A DNA stretch of 55,027 nt. Origin: a virus (lineage: Duplodnaviria; Caudoviricetes). The DNA lies in IMG/VR virus record IMGVR_UViG_3300030116_003984, positions 1 to 55,027 of that record, one strand, 5' to 3'. How positions within the stretch are numbered: position 1 is the stretch's first letter; every line of letters starts with the position of its first letter. The notes beneath the pieces are model-generated. The model saw only the letters and a list, made by a program, of their open reading frames with translations, was not told where the DNA came from and did not search any database. A program made the position numbers and the translations under genes. Positions 39,410 through 46,415 of this stretch are shown piece by piece.

Positions 39410-39651
39410 TGCCTAAAAAAAGAGATTATAAAAAAGAATACAAAAAATTCCAAGCGTCTGATAGAGCAAAAAAAAGACGTGCGGCTTTAAATAAATATAA
39501 CCGTAAGAAAGGAACGTACGGTAATGGCGATGGACTTGACGCTTCTCATAGAGGTGGAAAGATTGTTGGTTTTGAAAAAGCTAGCAAAAATCGTGGAAGG
39601 ATTGAAAAATCTAGAAGAAAAGGTTCCAAACGTAGAACTACTAAAAAATAA
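39409..39651 (+). CDS. Small basic HNH-like protein
   Basis: RDYKKEY...GDGLDASH...SKNRGR. Confidence 0.6.
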   Translation: MPKKRDYKKEYKKFQASDRAKKRRAALNKYNRKKGTYGNGDGLDASHRGGKIVGFEKASKNRGRIEKSRRKGSKRRTTKK

Positions 39652-39655
39652 AATT

Positions 39656-39730
39656 ATGTACGGTAAAAAGAAAATGGGTAAGAAAAAGCCTATGAAGAAG
39701 AAAAAGAAAGTAATGAAGAAAAAGAAGTAA
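39656..39730 (+). CDS. 24-aa poly-Lys peptide MYGKKKMGKKKPMKKKKKVMKKKK
   Basis: ATG after AAATAAAATT leader; fills the gap exactly. Confidence 0.6.
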   Translation: MYGKKKMGKKKPMKKKKKVMKKKK

Positions 39731-39732
39731 TT

Positions 39733-39930
39733 ATGGCATTTGTTAATAAAAATCTTCCTAAAAAACCAAGCTCAGGCCCTAGAATGGTAAAAGTTAGTCC
39801 TGGTGAAATGGGTCATGGTAACAGACCAAGACCAAGTAACATTATGCGTAACATTAATGTAATGCACGGGAACCAGCAAGTGTTTAATAAAAAAGTAAAT
39901 CCTGGCGGAGGGGACTGCGGTTGTGGCTAA
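39733..39930 (+). CDS. Small basic protein ending CGCG
   Basis: Tiles cluster. Confidence 0.6.
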   Translation: MAFVNKNLPKKPSSGPRMVKVSPGEMGHGNRPRPSNIMRNINVMHGNQQVFNKKVNPGGGDCGCG

Positions 39931-40222
39931 GAAGTTAGACAAAAGCAAAATGGCATGCAATAAGCCTAGACGCTCTCCGAATCCAAAGAAGAAGAGAGTT
40001 GTCAAGGCTTGTGCTAATGGCCAGGAAAAAATTATTCACTACGGAGCTACGGGTTATGGTCACAATTACTCCGCTGCTGCACGTAAATCTTTCAAAGCAA
40101 GACACCGTTGTAGTTCTGCCAAGAATAAATTATCTGCTAGATATTGGGCTTGTAAAAATTTATGGGCTGGCTCTGGCGGTTCTAAAAAATCATCTCCGAA
40201 AGGACGTAAAGGAAAATACTAA
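39923..40222 (+). CDS. Small basic protein (DUF5754/DUF6321-like)
   Basis: EKIIHYG...RKSFKARHRC...SARYWACKNLW. Confidence 0.7.
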   Translation: MAKKLDKSKMACNKPRRSPNPKKKRVVKACANGQEKIIHYGATGYGHNYSAAARKSFKARHRCSSAKNKLSARYWACKNLWAGSGGSKKSSPKGRKGKY

Positions 40223-40380
40223 TGGCAAAGAAAAAGAAATCAAATAAAATCTGTCCTGCTGGTATAGCTTGGGCTAAGCGTACATTTGATAAGTATCCAA
40301 GTGCATACGCTAACTTAGCAGCTTCTAAGTACTGCAAAGACCCAAACTACGCTAAGGGTGCAAAAAGAAAGAAAAAGTAA
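40222..40380 (+). CDS. 52-aa basic protein (PSAYAN motif)
   Basis: Hand translation MAKKKKSNKICPAGIAWAKRTFDKYPSAYANLAASKYCKDPNYAKGAKRKKK; TAATG-coupled at both ends. Confidence 0.75.
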   Translation: MAKKKKSNKICPAGIAWAKRTFDKYPSAYANLAASKYCKDPNYAKGAKRKKK

Positions 40381-40505
40381 TGGATAAAGCAAAACTAAAA
40401 AAGATTGCAGGTGAGCTAAGAAAAGCTTCTGCAATGCATAAATCACAAGCGGTGCGTATTGATAAAATGTTAAAGTCAATGACACCTAAAAAAAAGAAAA
40501 AGTAA
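40380..40505 (+). CDS. 41-aa basic protein
   Basis: MDKAKLKKIAGELRKASAMHKSQAVRIDKMLKSMTPKKKKK; TAATG-coupled. Confidence 0.7.
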   Translation: MDKAKLKKIAGELRKASAMHKSQAVRIDKMLKSMTPKKKKK

Positions 40506-40633
40506 TGGCTAAAAAAATGACACCAGCTCAAAAGCGTATTGCAAAAGCAGCACCACCATTTAACAAGATTACAGCTGCAGACTTTAGAGCACTAAAGAGA
40601 AACGGTGGTAAAAAGAAAAAAGGTAGAAAGTAA
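40505..40633 (+). CDS. 42-aa basic protein
   Basis: MAKKMTPAQKRIAKAAPPFNKITAADFRALKRNGGKKKKGRK; TAATG-coupled. Confidence 0.7.
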   Translation: MAKKMTPAQKRIAKAAPPFNKITAADFRALKRNGGKKKKGRK

Positions 40634-40878
40634 TGGGTGAATTAAAGAAATGGCTTAAACAAAAGTGGGTTCGTATAGGTACTGATGGCTCAATCAAGGG
40701 TGAATGCGGTACAAGTAAGAATAAAAAAAATCCAGACAGATGTTTGCCATTATCCAAGGCTAGAAGCCTATCAAAAGCAGAACGAGCTAAGACTGCTAGA
40801 AAAAAGAAAGCTGCAGGTAGCAAAGGAAAACAGTTTGTTGCCAATACAAAAAAAGCTAAAGTGCGTTCAAAGAAATAA
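40633..40878 (+). CDS. Small basic protein (DUF5872-like)
   Basis: LKKWLKQKWV...CG...RCLP.SKARSLS.AER. Confidence 0.7.
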   Translation: MGELKKWLKQKWVRIGTDGSIKGECGTSKNKKNPDRCLPLSKARSLSKAERAKTARKKKAAGSKGKQFVANTKKAKVRSKK

Positions 40879-40884
40879 TAAGCG

Positions 40885-40950
40885 TAACCACGCTACACTT
40901 GTAGTGTAACCACATTACACTTGTAGTGTACTCTCATTACACTTATATTG
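40885..40950. repeat. Three tandem 22-bp repeats containing palindrome TACACT-N3-AGTGTA
   Basis: TAACCACGCTACACTTGTAGTG / TAACCACATTACACTTGTAGTG / TACTCTCATTACACTTATATTG. Confidence 0.85.
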
Positions 40951-40959
40951 CACTACTTC

Positions 40960-40998
40960 AAGGTTAATACACTTACCCCCAGTGTGTTAGCCTTTTTT
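40960..40998 (+). terminator. Terminator-like hairpin after the basic-protein operon
   Basis: AAGGTTAATACACT/AGTGTGTTAGCCTT 14-bp stem with two G-U pairs, then T run. Confidence 0.65.
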
Positions 40999-41032
40999 AA
41001 TGCCTATATATACCTTTATAATGTTTAGTGTC

Positions 41033-41062
41033 TTGCTAGTATATATGACGCACATATGTTTG
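41033..41062 (+). promoter_or_regulatory. Probable early-region promoter
   Basis: TTG-N19-TATGTTTG, matching the consensus seen at other operons. Confidence 0.55.
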
Positions 41063-41413
41063 GGGTGGGGGTTTATGCATGCGTACGTACACTTACATTG
41101 CAATACCCAAACCGAATATCCCAACGGGGTGGGGTCTTATCTAGTCAGCGCTAGTTATCTTTCTCTAGTGGGAACTCGTGCGCTCCGTGGCCACCCCCTA
41201 GCGCCCTCGGTGGCTCTATCTAGTGGCCTCTAGTGGCTTATCTGTCGCCCTCGATAGGTTTCTAGTGGTTGGCGCAAGTGTTTTTATGTGCGCTAACCCC
41301 TACGCCCTATCTAGTATATTACAGAGTTTAACCTAGACAGCCCCCTAAAATTGTTTTGTGTACCCCCCTTTCTTCTCTAGTAATTTGGTGATTACGATTT
41401 GTTTTTGTGTGTT

Positions 41414-41730
41414 TGAGGTGTCGACAGCAAACGAGCAACAGACACGAGGCAAACGCCTCACCCACATATTGCGATACAGGTGTAACACGAGAGTGCAACA
41501 CATATGAGTTCAAGCGGTTGCAATACCGCCTAATACCCTCGGAGCATCTAGTAAGCAAGTTTGATTCACAAGCGTAACCATTGGGGGCGGTACGAGGGTT
41601 GGAAACCTCGGCTAAATTCTGGTAAGAGCAAGAATACCTTTGATTTCTGATAGCTTTAAGGTATAGGTGTAAGCTATCCCTACCGACAACACGGGAGGAC
41701 ACTCTTTCGAGGGAGTGTGTAATATGTGTT
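41414..41730 (+). ncRNA. Unassigned structured RNA domain
   Basis: GC-rich and non-coding; 10-bp helix 41463-72/41719-28 encloses several hairpins (GAGA, GCAA and UUCG-type loops; 8-bp 41649-56/41671-78). Confidence 0.6.
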
Positions 41731-41733
41731 CTA

Positions 41734-41829
41734 GGTGGACTAGAACGACTACGAGTAATTCATTCGTGCTAGAGACCATTATGGTTGACGTATCTAGCTA
41801 CTCGAGGGGAGCAATACCCCTGTCCACTA
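41734..41829 (+). ncRNA. tRNA-like four-way-junction element
   Basis: 7-bp acceptor-like stem GGTGGAC/GTCCACT, 3-bp D-like arm, long arm CGAGTA/TACTCG + GCTAGA/TCTAGC, 5-bp stem with 7-nt loop AGGGG-AGCAATA-CCCCT. Confidence 0.5.
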
Positions 41830-41851
41830 CTAACTTAAATTTATTTCAATC

Positions 41852-42064
41852 ATGACAAATCAAGTATTATCATTCGACTTAGACCTAGTAAACGAGGCAG
41901 TTCAACTAGGTGTGAACAAGAGAATAATCAACAACTACCGAGTAAACCCTGAGTTCCAAGAGGCTATGGAGCTAGAGGAGGCTATCGAGGAGCAAAGATA
42001 CTCCCTAGCGTATGCTTACAGCATCTCTAGGTTTGCCGTAGAGAAGACAGAGGTGTCTTGCTAG
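41852..42064 (+). CDS. First early gene, hypothetical acidic protein
   Basis: 70 aa, A/T-rich leader; stop abuts the ribozyme. Confidence 0.7.
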   Translation: MTNQVLSFDLDLVNEAVQLGVNKRIINNYRVNPEFQEAMELEEAIEEQRYSLAYAYSISRFAVEKTEVSC

Positions 42065-42173
42065 AGTTACACTGATGAGGCCTCAAAGGTCGAAACACTA
42101 GAGAATATCAATAGGCGACCTAGCCGAAGCTACTCGACTAAAGTGATGAGATATTACTCTAGTGTCTGTAACT
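42065..42173 (+). ncRNA. Hammerhead ribozyme (type I topology), predicted cleavage after C42166
   Basis: Stem I AGTTACA/TGTAACT; core CTGATGA; stem II GGCCT-CAA-AGGTC; GAAA; stem III CACTAGAG/CTCTAGTG; GTC triplet. Confidence 0.9.
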
Positions 42174-42191
42174 AACAAAATTTATATCACT

Positions 42192-42509
42192 ATGGATTAC
42201 GCATTCTCAACAATTTCAACACTCAAGCACCTAGAAGGGATGTTTTGGGAGGACTGCAAAATAAATTTAGATACTTTTGGGTTTATTACATCTAGACATA
42301 GGGGAGAGTTAATTGAACTCCACTGGCATAGCGCAGGTAAACAAAAGTCCTTTTCAGATTTAATCAAGAGTATCGAGAACCTTCGTGTACTTTCTTACAT
42401 CAAGGAACTAAACTGCGTATGGAAAGCCGAACAAGGATGGTTTGATATAAGCATAAAGGTAGAGATTGAGGAAGGATACACCTATGATGTTTCAATTACA
42501 TTACACTAG
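42192..42509 (+). CDS. Hypothetical early protein (start revised from 42162 to ATG 42192)
   Basis: The GTG at 42162 lies inside the ribozyme; ATG 42192 has an A-rich leader. Confidence 0.65.
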   Translation: MDYAFSTISTLKHLEGMFWEDCKINLDTFGFITSRHRGELIELHWHSAGKQKSFSDLIKSIENLRVLSYIKELNCVWKAEQGWFDISIKVEIEEGYTYDVSITLH

Positions 42510-42513
42510 AACT

Positions 42514-42843
42514 ATGAAGAAGATAATCCTAGGAGTATTGAGCGTAGCTTTGCTATGCTCTTGCTCCAAAGATGAGTATGAGGTTTCTCCTACTTATCTA
42601 GAACAACAGCTATCTGTCGAAGGCGACTACATTACATACTATGTAATCAACGCTAAAGATATGGTAAGCGAAACCCTAGTGGCTACATACGAAGGTGTCG
42701 AGTACACTACTGATGATATGCCTAGGAATAACGGAGAGATATTTATCTTTCCCATAACATACCCTAACCTAGCAGTAACGCTAGATAGTAACATACCAAA
42801 AGAACAAATAACATTTACCCTAGGTGGTAAACAAATTAACTAG
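42514..42843 (+). CDS. Lipoprotein (start revised to 42514)
   Basis: MKKIILGVLSVALLCS-C-SKDEYE signal peptide II. Confidence 0.7.
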   Translation: MKKIILGVLSVALLCSCSKDEYEVSPTYLEQQLSVEGDYITYYVINAKDMVSETLVATYEGVEYTTDDMPRNNGEIFIFPITYPNLAVTLDSNIPKEQITFTLGGKQIN

Positions 42844-42845
42844 AT

Positions 42846-43166
42846 ATGATAAGATATGAACTTTACTTTGCCTTAGGTGGCAAACACACGGACAATGCAG
42901 AACAAGTAAACTTGGAGAAGGTACTAGAATTAGTATGCGATACCTTTGGTGGCTATTCACTACAAAAGATACAAGGTGGGTGGAAACATTATACGGGTAA
43001 CGCTTGGGTAATGTTAGAAGAAGATAGCTACCGACTAACAATCTTTACATATAGTGTAAAACCAGATAAGCATAAGCTATCCCTATTATGCGACTACATC
43101 AAAACAAACTTTCAACAAGAGGAGGTTATGTACACTGAAGAAGAAGTAAAGGTAGTAAGGATATGA
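42846..43166 (+). CDS. DUF3574/PII-fold protein, candidate SAM lyase
   Basis: FGGYS...GGW...EEDS...IK..FQQEEV. Confidence 0.5.
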   Translation: MIRYELYFALGGKHTDNAEQVNLEKVLELVCDTFGGYSLQKIQGGWKHYTGNAWVMLEEDSYRLTIFTYSVKPDKHKLSLLCDYIKTNFQQEEVMYTEEEVKVVRI

Positions 43167-43246
43167 CACCGATAGACCTAGCAGTTTACCTAACGATATA
43201 CTACTTTGTAGTATTTTTGCTAAGATATATTAAACAAGAAAAATAA
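43163..43246 (+). CDS. 27-aa membrane peptide
   Basis: MTPIDLAVYLTIYYFVVFLLRYIKQEK; ATGA overlap. Confidence 0.5.
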   Translation: MTPIDLAVYLTIYYFVVFLLRYIKQEK

Positions 43247-43250
43247 AATT

Positions 43251-43355
43251 ATGGTAAAAAAATGTAGTATATGTAGGGCAAAATTTATACCTACAAACAA
43301 AAATGCAGAGACAAGACAATGTTGTAAAAAATGTATAAAAGAATTTAATAAATAA
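43251..43355 (+). CDS. 34-aa zinc-ribbon peptide
   Basis: MVKKCSICRAKFIPTNKNAETRQCCKKCIKEFNK. Confidence 0.55.
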   Translation: MVKKCSICRAKFIPTNKNAETRQCCKKCIKEFNK

Positions 43356-43359
43356 AATT

Positions 43360-43503
43360 ATGAAAAAAGATATAAATTTTTATAGAGAATGCTTGATAAG
43401 AGAATTAAGAAAACCTCTCAATAAACAAGATTTTATGTATATGAGATTTTTAGATGAAAAGATATACAAATTAAAAGAAAAAGAACTAACTAAAATTAAA
43501 TAA
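43360..43503 (+). CDS. 47-aa hypothetical protein
   Basis: MKKDINFYRECLIRELRKP...; same leader as neighbours. Confidence 0.55.
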   Translation: MKKDINFYRECLIRELRKPLNKQDFMYMRFLDEKIYKLKEKELTKIK

Positions 43504-43507
43504 AATT

Positions 43508-43759
43508 ATGGACAAACACGATTACATAGATATATACGACTTGACCGAGAAGATTACAAGAGCAATACTAATGGGACAAGAGGCGTATGTAATAAACAAT
43601 GGCAAGATGAACTCACATGTACTAGATTTGCCTACACCACAAACATCAGGTACTTGGACACAAAGAGAGTCATACGCTAGAATGAAAGCACAAGTATTGG
43701 TAGATAGATACAATAAAATGCAAACACAAATTTACAATAATGAAAGCAAAGAAAACTAA
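43508..43759 (+). CDS. Hypothetical early protein
   Basis: Tiles operon. Confidence 0.65.
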   Translation: MDKHDYIDIYDLTEKITRAILMGQEAYVINNGKMNSHVLDLPTPQTSGTWTQRESYARMKAQVLVDRYNKMQTQIYNNESKEN

Positions 43760-43856
43760 AAGACAAGCTAGAGTAGAAATAGCTGAGCAACTACTGATGT
43801 ATTTTTTTGTACTAGGTATGATATGCTCAATAATTTACAACCTCATAAACCACTAG
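43740..43856 (+). CDS. 38-aa membrane peptide
   Basis: MKAKKTKRQARVEIAEQLLMYFFVLGMICSIIYNLINH. Confidence 0.5.
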   Translation: MKAKKTKRQARVEIAEQLLMYFFVLGMICSIIYNLINH

Positions 43857-43858
43857 AA

Positions 43859-44125
43859 ATGAACGACTTAACAAAGCAAGATGTAGAAAACTACATCAAG
43901 GAACTAGGATGCGAACCTAGACACAACACATGGGCGATAGCAGAAGCGTGTAACGAACTAGATTATCTATGGGATGACCTACCTAGTGCTGATGCACTAA
44001 TGAGGTTTATTCTAGGTAATGAGCCGATTAAAGGAATGTGGACACATTCGTACGGCTTTCATACTGCTTCTGGTAGAGCAATCGTAGAACAATTTACTAA
44101 CTATTACAATCAATACAATGAGTAG
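43859..44125 (+). CDS. Hypothetical early protein (start revised to 43859)
   Basis: ATG 2 nt after previous stop; THSYGFHTASGR. Confidence 0.6.
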   Translation: MNDLTKQDVENYIKELGCEPRHNTWAIAEACNELDYLWDDLPSADALMRFILGNEPIKGMWTHSYGFHTASGRAIVEQFTNYYNQYNE

Positions 44126-44345
44126 AACACAACACGGAACATACTCGGAAAAGATAAACGACAACATACTAGAGATAGAGTATGAGTATTACTATGCACC
44201 TGCTACACACTACGACCAAGAAGAAGAAAGCGTAGATGTAACCAAGGTACTAGCTAACGGAAATGATATAACTGATTTCTATTGGGATTTCTTTGATACA
44301 GAGATAATGCACGATAGAATACTAGATTATTGCAGAGGTAACTAA
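44118..44345 (+). CDS. Acidic hypothetical protein
   Basis: EIEYEYYYAPAT...ANGNDITD. Confidence 0.65.
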   Translation: MSRTQHGTYSEKINDNILEIEYEYYYAPATHYDQEEESVDVTKVLANGNDITDFYWDFFDTEIMHDRILDYCRGN

Positions 44346-44365
44346 CAAATTAAAACTAAATTAAA

Positions 44366-44572
44366 ATGGAACAGATTAACTTTATGAAAATGTTTATGGC
44401 TATGACAGATATAGCTAGTGAAACTAGAGAACAAAAACTTGCTAACAGAGAGCGTATTGTATTTGCAACGCACGGAATAATCAAGCCAAAAGATTGGGAT
44501 ACTCTACCTATGGAGGAGAGAGAGTCAAGAATAGATAATATGCTAGAAGCAACTAAAGATATTACGAAATGA
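44366..44572 (+). CDS. Hypothetical protein
   Basis: GIIKPKDWDTLPMEERESR. Confidence 0.65.
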   Translation: MEQINFMKMFMAMTDIASETREQKLANRERIVFATHGIIKPKDWDTLPMEERESRIDNMLEATKDITK

Positions 44573-44937
44573 AAGACAATAAACGAACAACAAAGCAAGT
44601 AATAGCAGAACAACAAGCTATCAATAGAAAGCTATGGGCAAAAGAAAATGGTAGATTACATCACGTTGACGCTAATAAACTAATAGCAGAATTTATGGGA
44701 TTACATCCTTTGAGTAGGGCGAGTTTTATTTCAGATAAAAATCAAGAATATTATGAAAGTTTATCAGAACTAAAATACCACACCTCTTGGGATTGGCTTA
44801 TGCCTGTAATAGAAAACATAGACCACTTACAGCACGAACCTGTTGTGTCTATTGAAAACGCTTTAGCCACAAGGAGTATAGATGACACCTATAAATCAGT
44901 AGTGGAATTTATTAAACAATACAACAATGAAGATTAG
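44569..44937 (+). CDS. Hypothetical protein (NKLIAEFMG...YHTSWDWLMPVIE family)
   Basis: Motif common in Bacteroidota phages. Confidence 0.65.
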   Translation: MKDNKRTTKQVIAEQQAINRKLWAKENGRLHHVDANKLIAEFMGLHPLSRASFISDKNQEYYESLSELKYHTSWDWLMPVIENIDHLQHEPVVSIENALATRSIDDTYKSVVEFIKQYNNED

Positions 44938-45301
44938 ATTTGAATGGACAACTAGGGAGGCCTATCTCCTAGACAAACTAGAAAAGAATACGATAGGTAA
45001 ATTAAAAGAAGCAACAACAAAAGTTAAAACTAAATTTCAAAACATCATGAACAAACTAACAACAAAGACAATGACACCAAAACAATATGATGACTTGTGG
45101 GAATCAATCGAAGATAAGCTAGATGATTTGTATAACAACAACCCTGATAGCTACGACCTAGAAAATTACGACTTTAGATTAGAGGGTAATGAGATTTATC
45201 TAGAAGATATGACAATGGGGTACGACCATAACCACTCAGCACAAATGGTACTAAAGCTATTGGCAGAAGAAGGTATAATCAAAATAAAAAATAAAAAGTA
45301 A
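44927..45301 (+). CDS. Hypothetical protein
   Basis: Tiles operon. Confidence 0.6.
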   Translation: MKIRFEWTTREAYLLDKLEKNTIGKLKEATTKVKTKFQNIMNKLTTKTMTPKQYDDLWESIEDKLDDLYNNNPDSYDLENYDFRLEGNEIYLEDMTMGYDHNHSAQMVLKLLAEEGIIKIKNKK

Positions 45302-45693
45302 TGGGATACAGAAGTACAATAATTTTTGGGGTGGAGCAGAGCCACGCCCCAAAGCTAGATGATATATTGATAGAACACCAAATGTTTGCAGATTTAAGGG
45401 TATCTAAAATTTACCCTAATTACGAGATGGTTCAAGACGACCATGGAGATTCTAAATCTTGGAAGAAGGTGGGTGATGTGCAAATGGTTATTTATAGGTT
45501 TGAATACTTGAAGTGGTATGATGATTACCCAGAGGTCATGGCTATAACTAAATATCTAGAAAAACTACATGAAGAAACTGAAGACACTACATTCCTTGTT
45601 GGATTAGGAGAGGAAGGTGAGATACATTCAGAGATTGGCGATTGGTATAATTATGTAGACCACATATCTAAATTAGAAATACAAGATATATAA
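45301..45693 (+). CDS. Hypothetical protein (MGYRS...KWY..YPEV family)
   Basis: Common phage early-protein motif. Confidence 0.65.
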   Translation: MGYRSTIIFGVEQSHAPKLDDILIEHQMFADLRVSKIYPNYEMVQDDHGDSKSWKKVGDVQMVIYRFEYLKWYDDYPEVMAITKYLEKLHEETEDTTFLVGLGEEGEIHSEIGDWYNYVDHISKLEIQDI

Positions 45694-45696
45694 ATA

Positions 45697-46170
45697 ATGA
45701 ACATATTTTATTTACACGAAGACCCAGAGGTATGTGCATCATACTTCTATGACAAACACAAAGTCAAGATGATACTAGAGTCTGCTCAGATGCTATGCAC
45801 TGCACACCACCATTACGGCAGAGGGGAGCATGTACCTTACAAGAAGGCACACTACAACCACCCCTCTACCATATGGACTAGGGAGAGTACCCAACACTAC
45901 ACATGGCTTTGGCTACACATGATGGCTTTGGGTGAGGAGTATACTAGAAGGTATGGTAAGCAACACCTCACTATCATCAAGTGTGCAGATGCTTTGTGCG
46001 TACCTCCTAGCGATATGCCTAACACTACATTCGTTCCACCCCCTCAATGTATGCCTGATGAGTTCAAGCACGAGGATACTATTACTGCCTACTGGAATTA
46101 CTACGTGGGGGAAAAGCATAGCGTAGCAAACAAGAATGAACGAATATATTTCAAACCTTTTACAAGATGA
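45697..46170 (+). CDS. Pyrimidine dimer DNA glycosylase/DenV-family protein
   Basis: MNIFYL...DKH..KMILESAQML, H.NHPSTIW.RES, EYT.RYGK.H, PPQCMPD. Confidence 0.75.
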   Translation: MNIFYLHEDPEVCASYFYDKHKVKMILESAQMLCTAHHHYGRGEHVPYKKAHYNHPSTIWTRESTQHYTWLWLHMMALGEEYTRRYGKQHLTIIKCADALCVPPSDMPNTTFVPPPQCMPDEFKHEDTITAYWNYYVGEKHSVANKNERIYFKPFTR

Positions 46171-46415
46171 GTAAACACAGAATACCAAACGAAAAATGGA
46201 TGGAGTTTGTTAGCGAAATAGCTACACAACTCACCGAACTAAACTTTCATGAAGACACCTTTATAGCTATTCAAAGTGATGATGCAGTAGATGAGGAATA
46301 CAAATTTACAGAAGATGCACAAGAGTTCTTCAATGAAAGATATGATGAAGTAGAAACACTACTAGAGAATATGCTAGATATAACTAACGATAAACCAGAG
46401 TATTATGAAGGATAA
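46167..46415 (+). CDS. Acidic hypothetical protein
   Basis: FTEDAQEFFNERYD. Confidence 0.65.
   Translation: MSKHRIPNEKWMEFVSEIATQLTELNFHEDTFIAIQSDDAVDEEYKFTEDAQEFFNERYDEVETLLENMLDITNDKPEYYEG

Noticed and set aside
40885-40950. Mini CRISPR array
   Set aside because: Units are directly tandem with only ~7 variable bases and no cas genes
41524-41600. Twister or HDV-like ribozyme (CCGCCTAA...CACAAGC...GGGGGCGG)
   Set aside because: The outer helix resembles twister P1, but I could not build P2/P4 or the pseudoknots; no HDV P4/J4-2
41000-41702. ORFs 41000-41233 (+) and 41328-41702 (-)
   Set aside because: Atypical composition, no leader, and they overlap promoter, repeats and RNA structure
41760-41832. 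Group II intron domains V-VI or group I P7
   Set aside because: No AGC/CGC triad helix, no complete P7, and no interrupted gene
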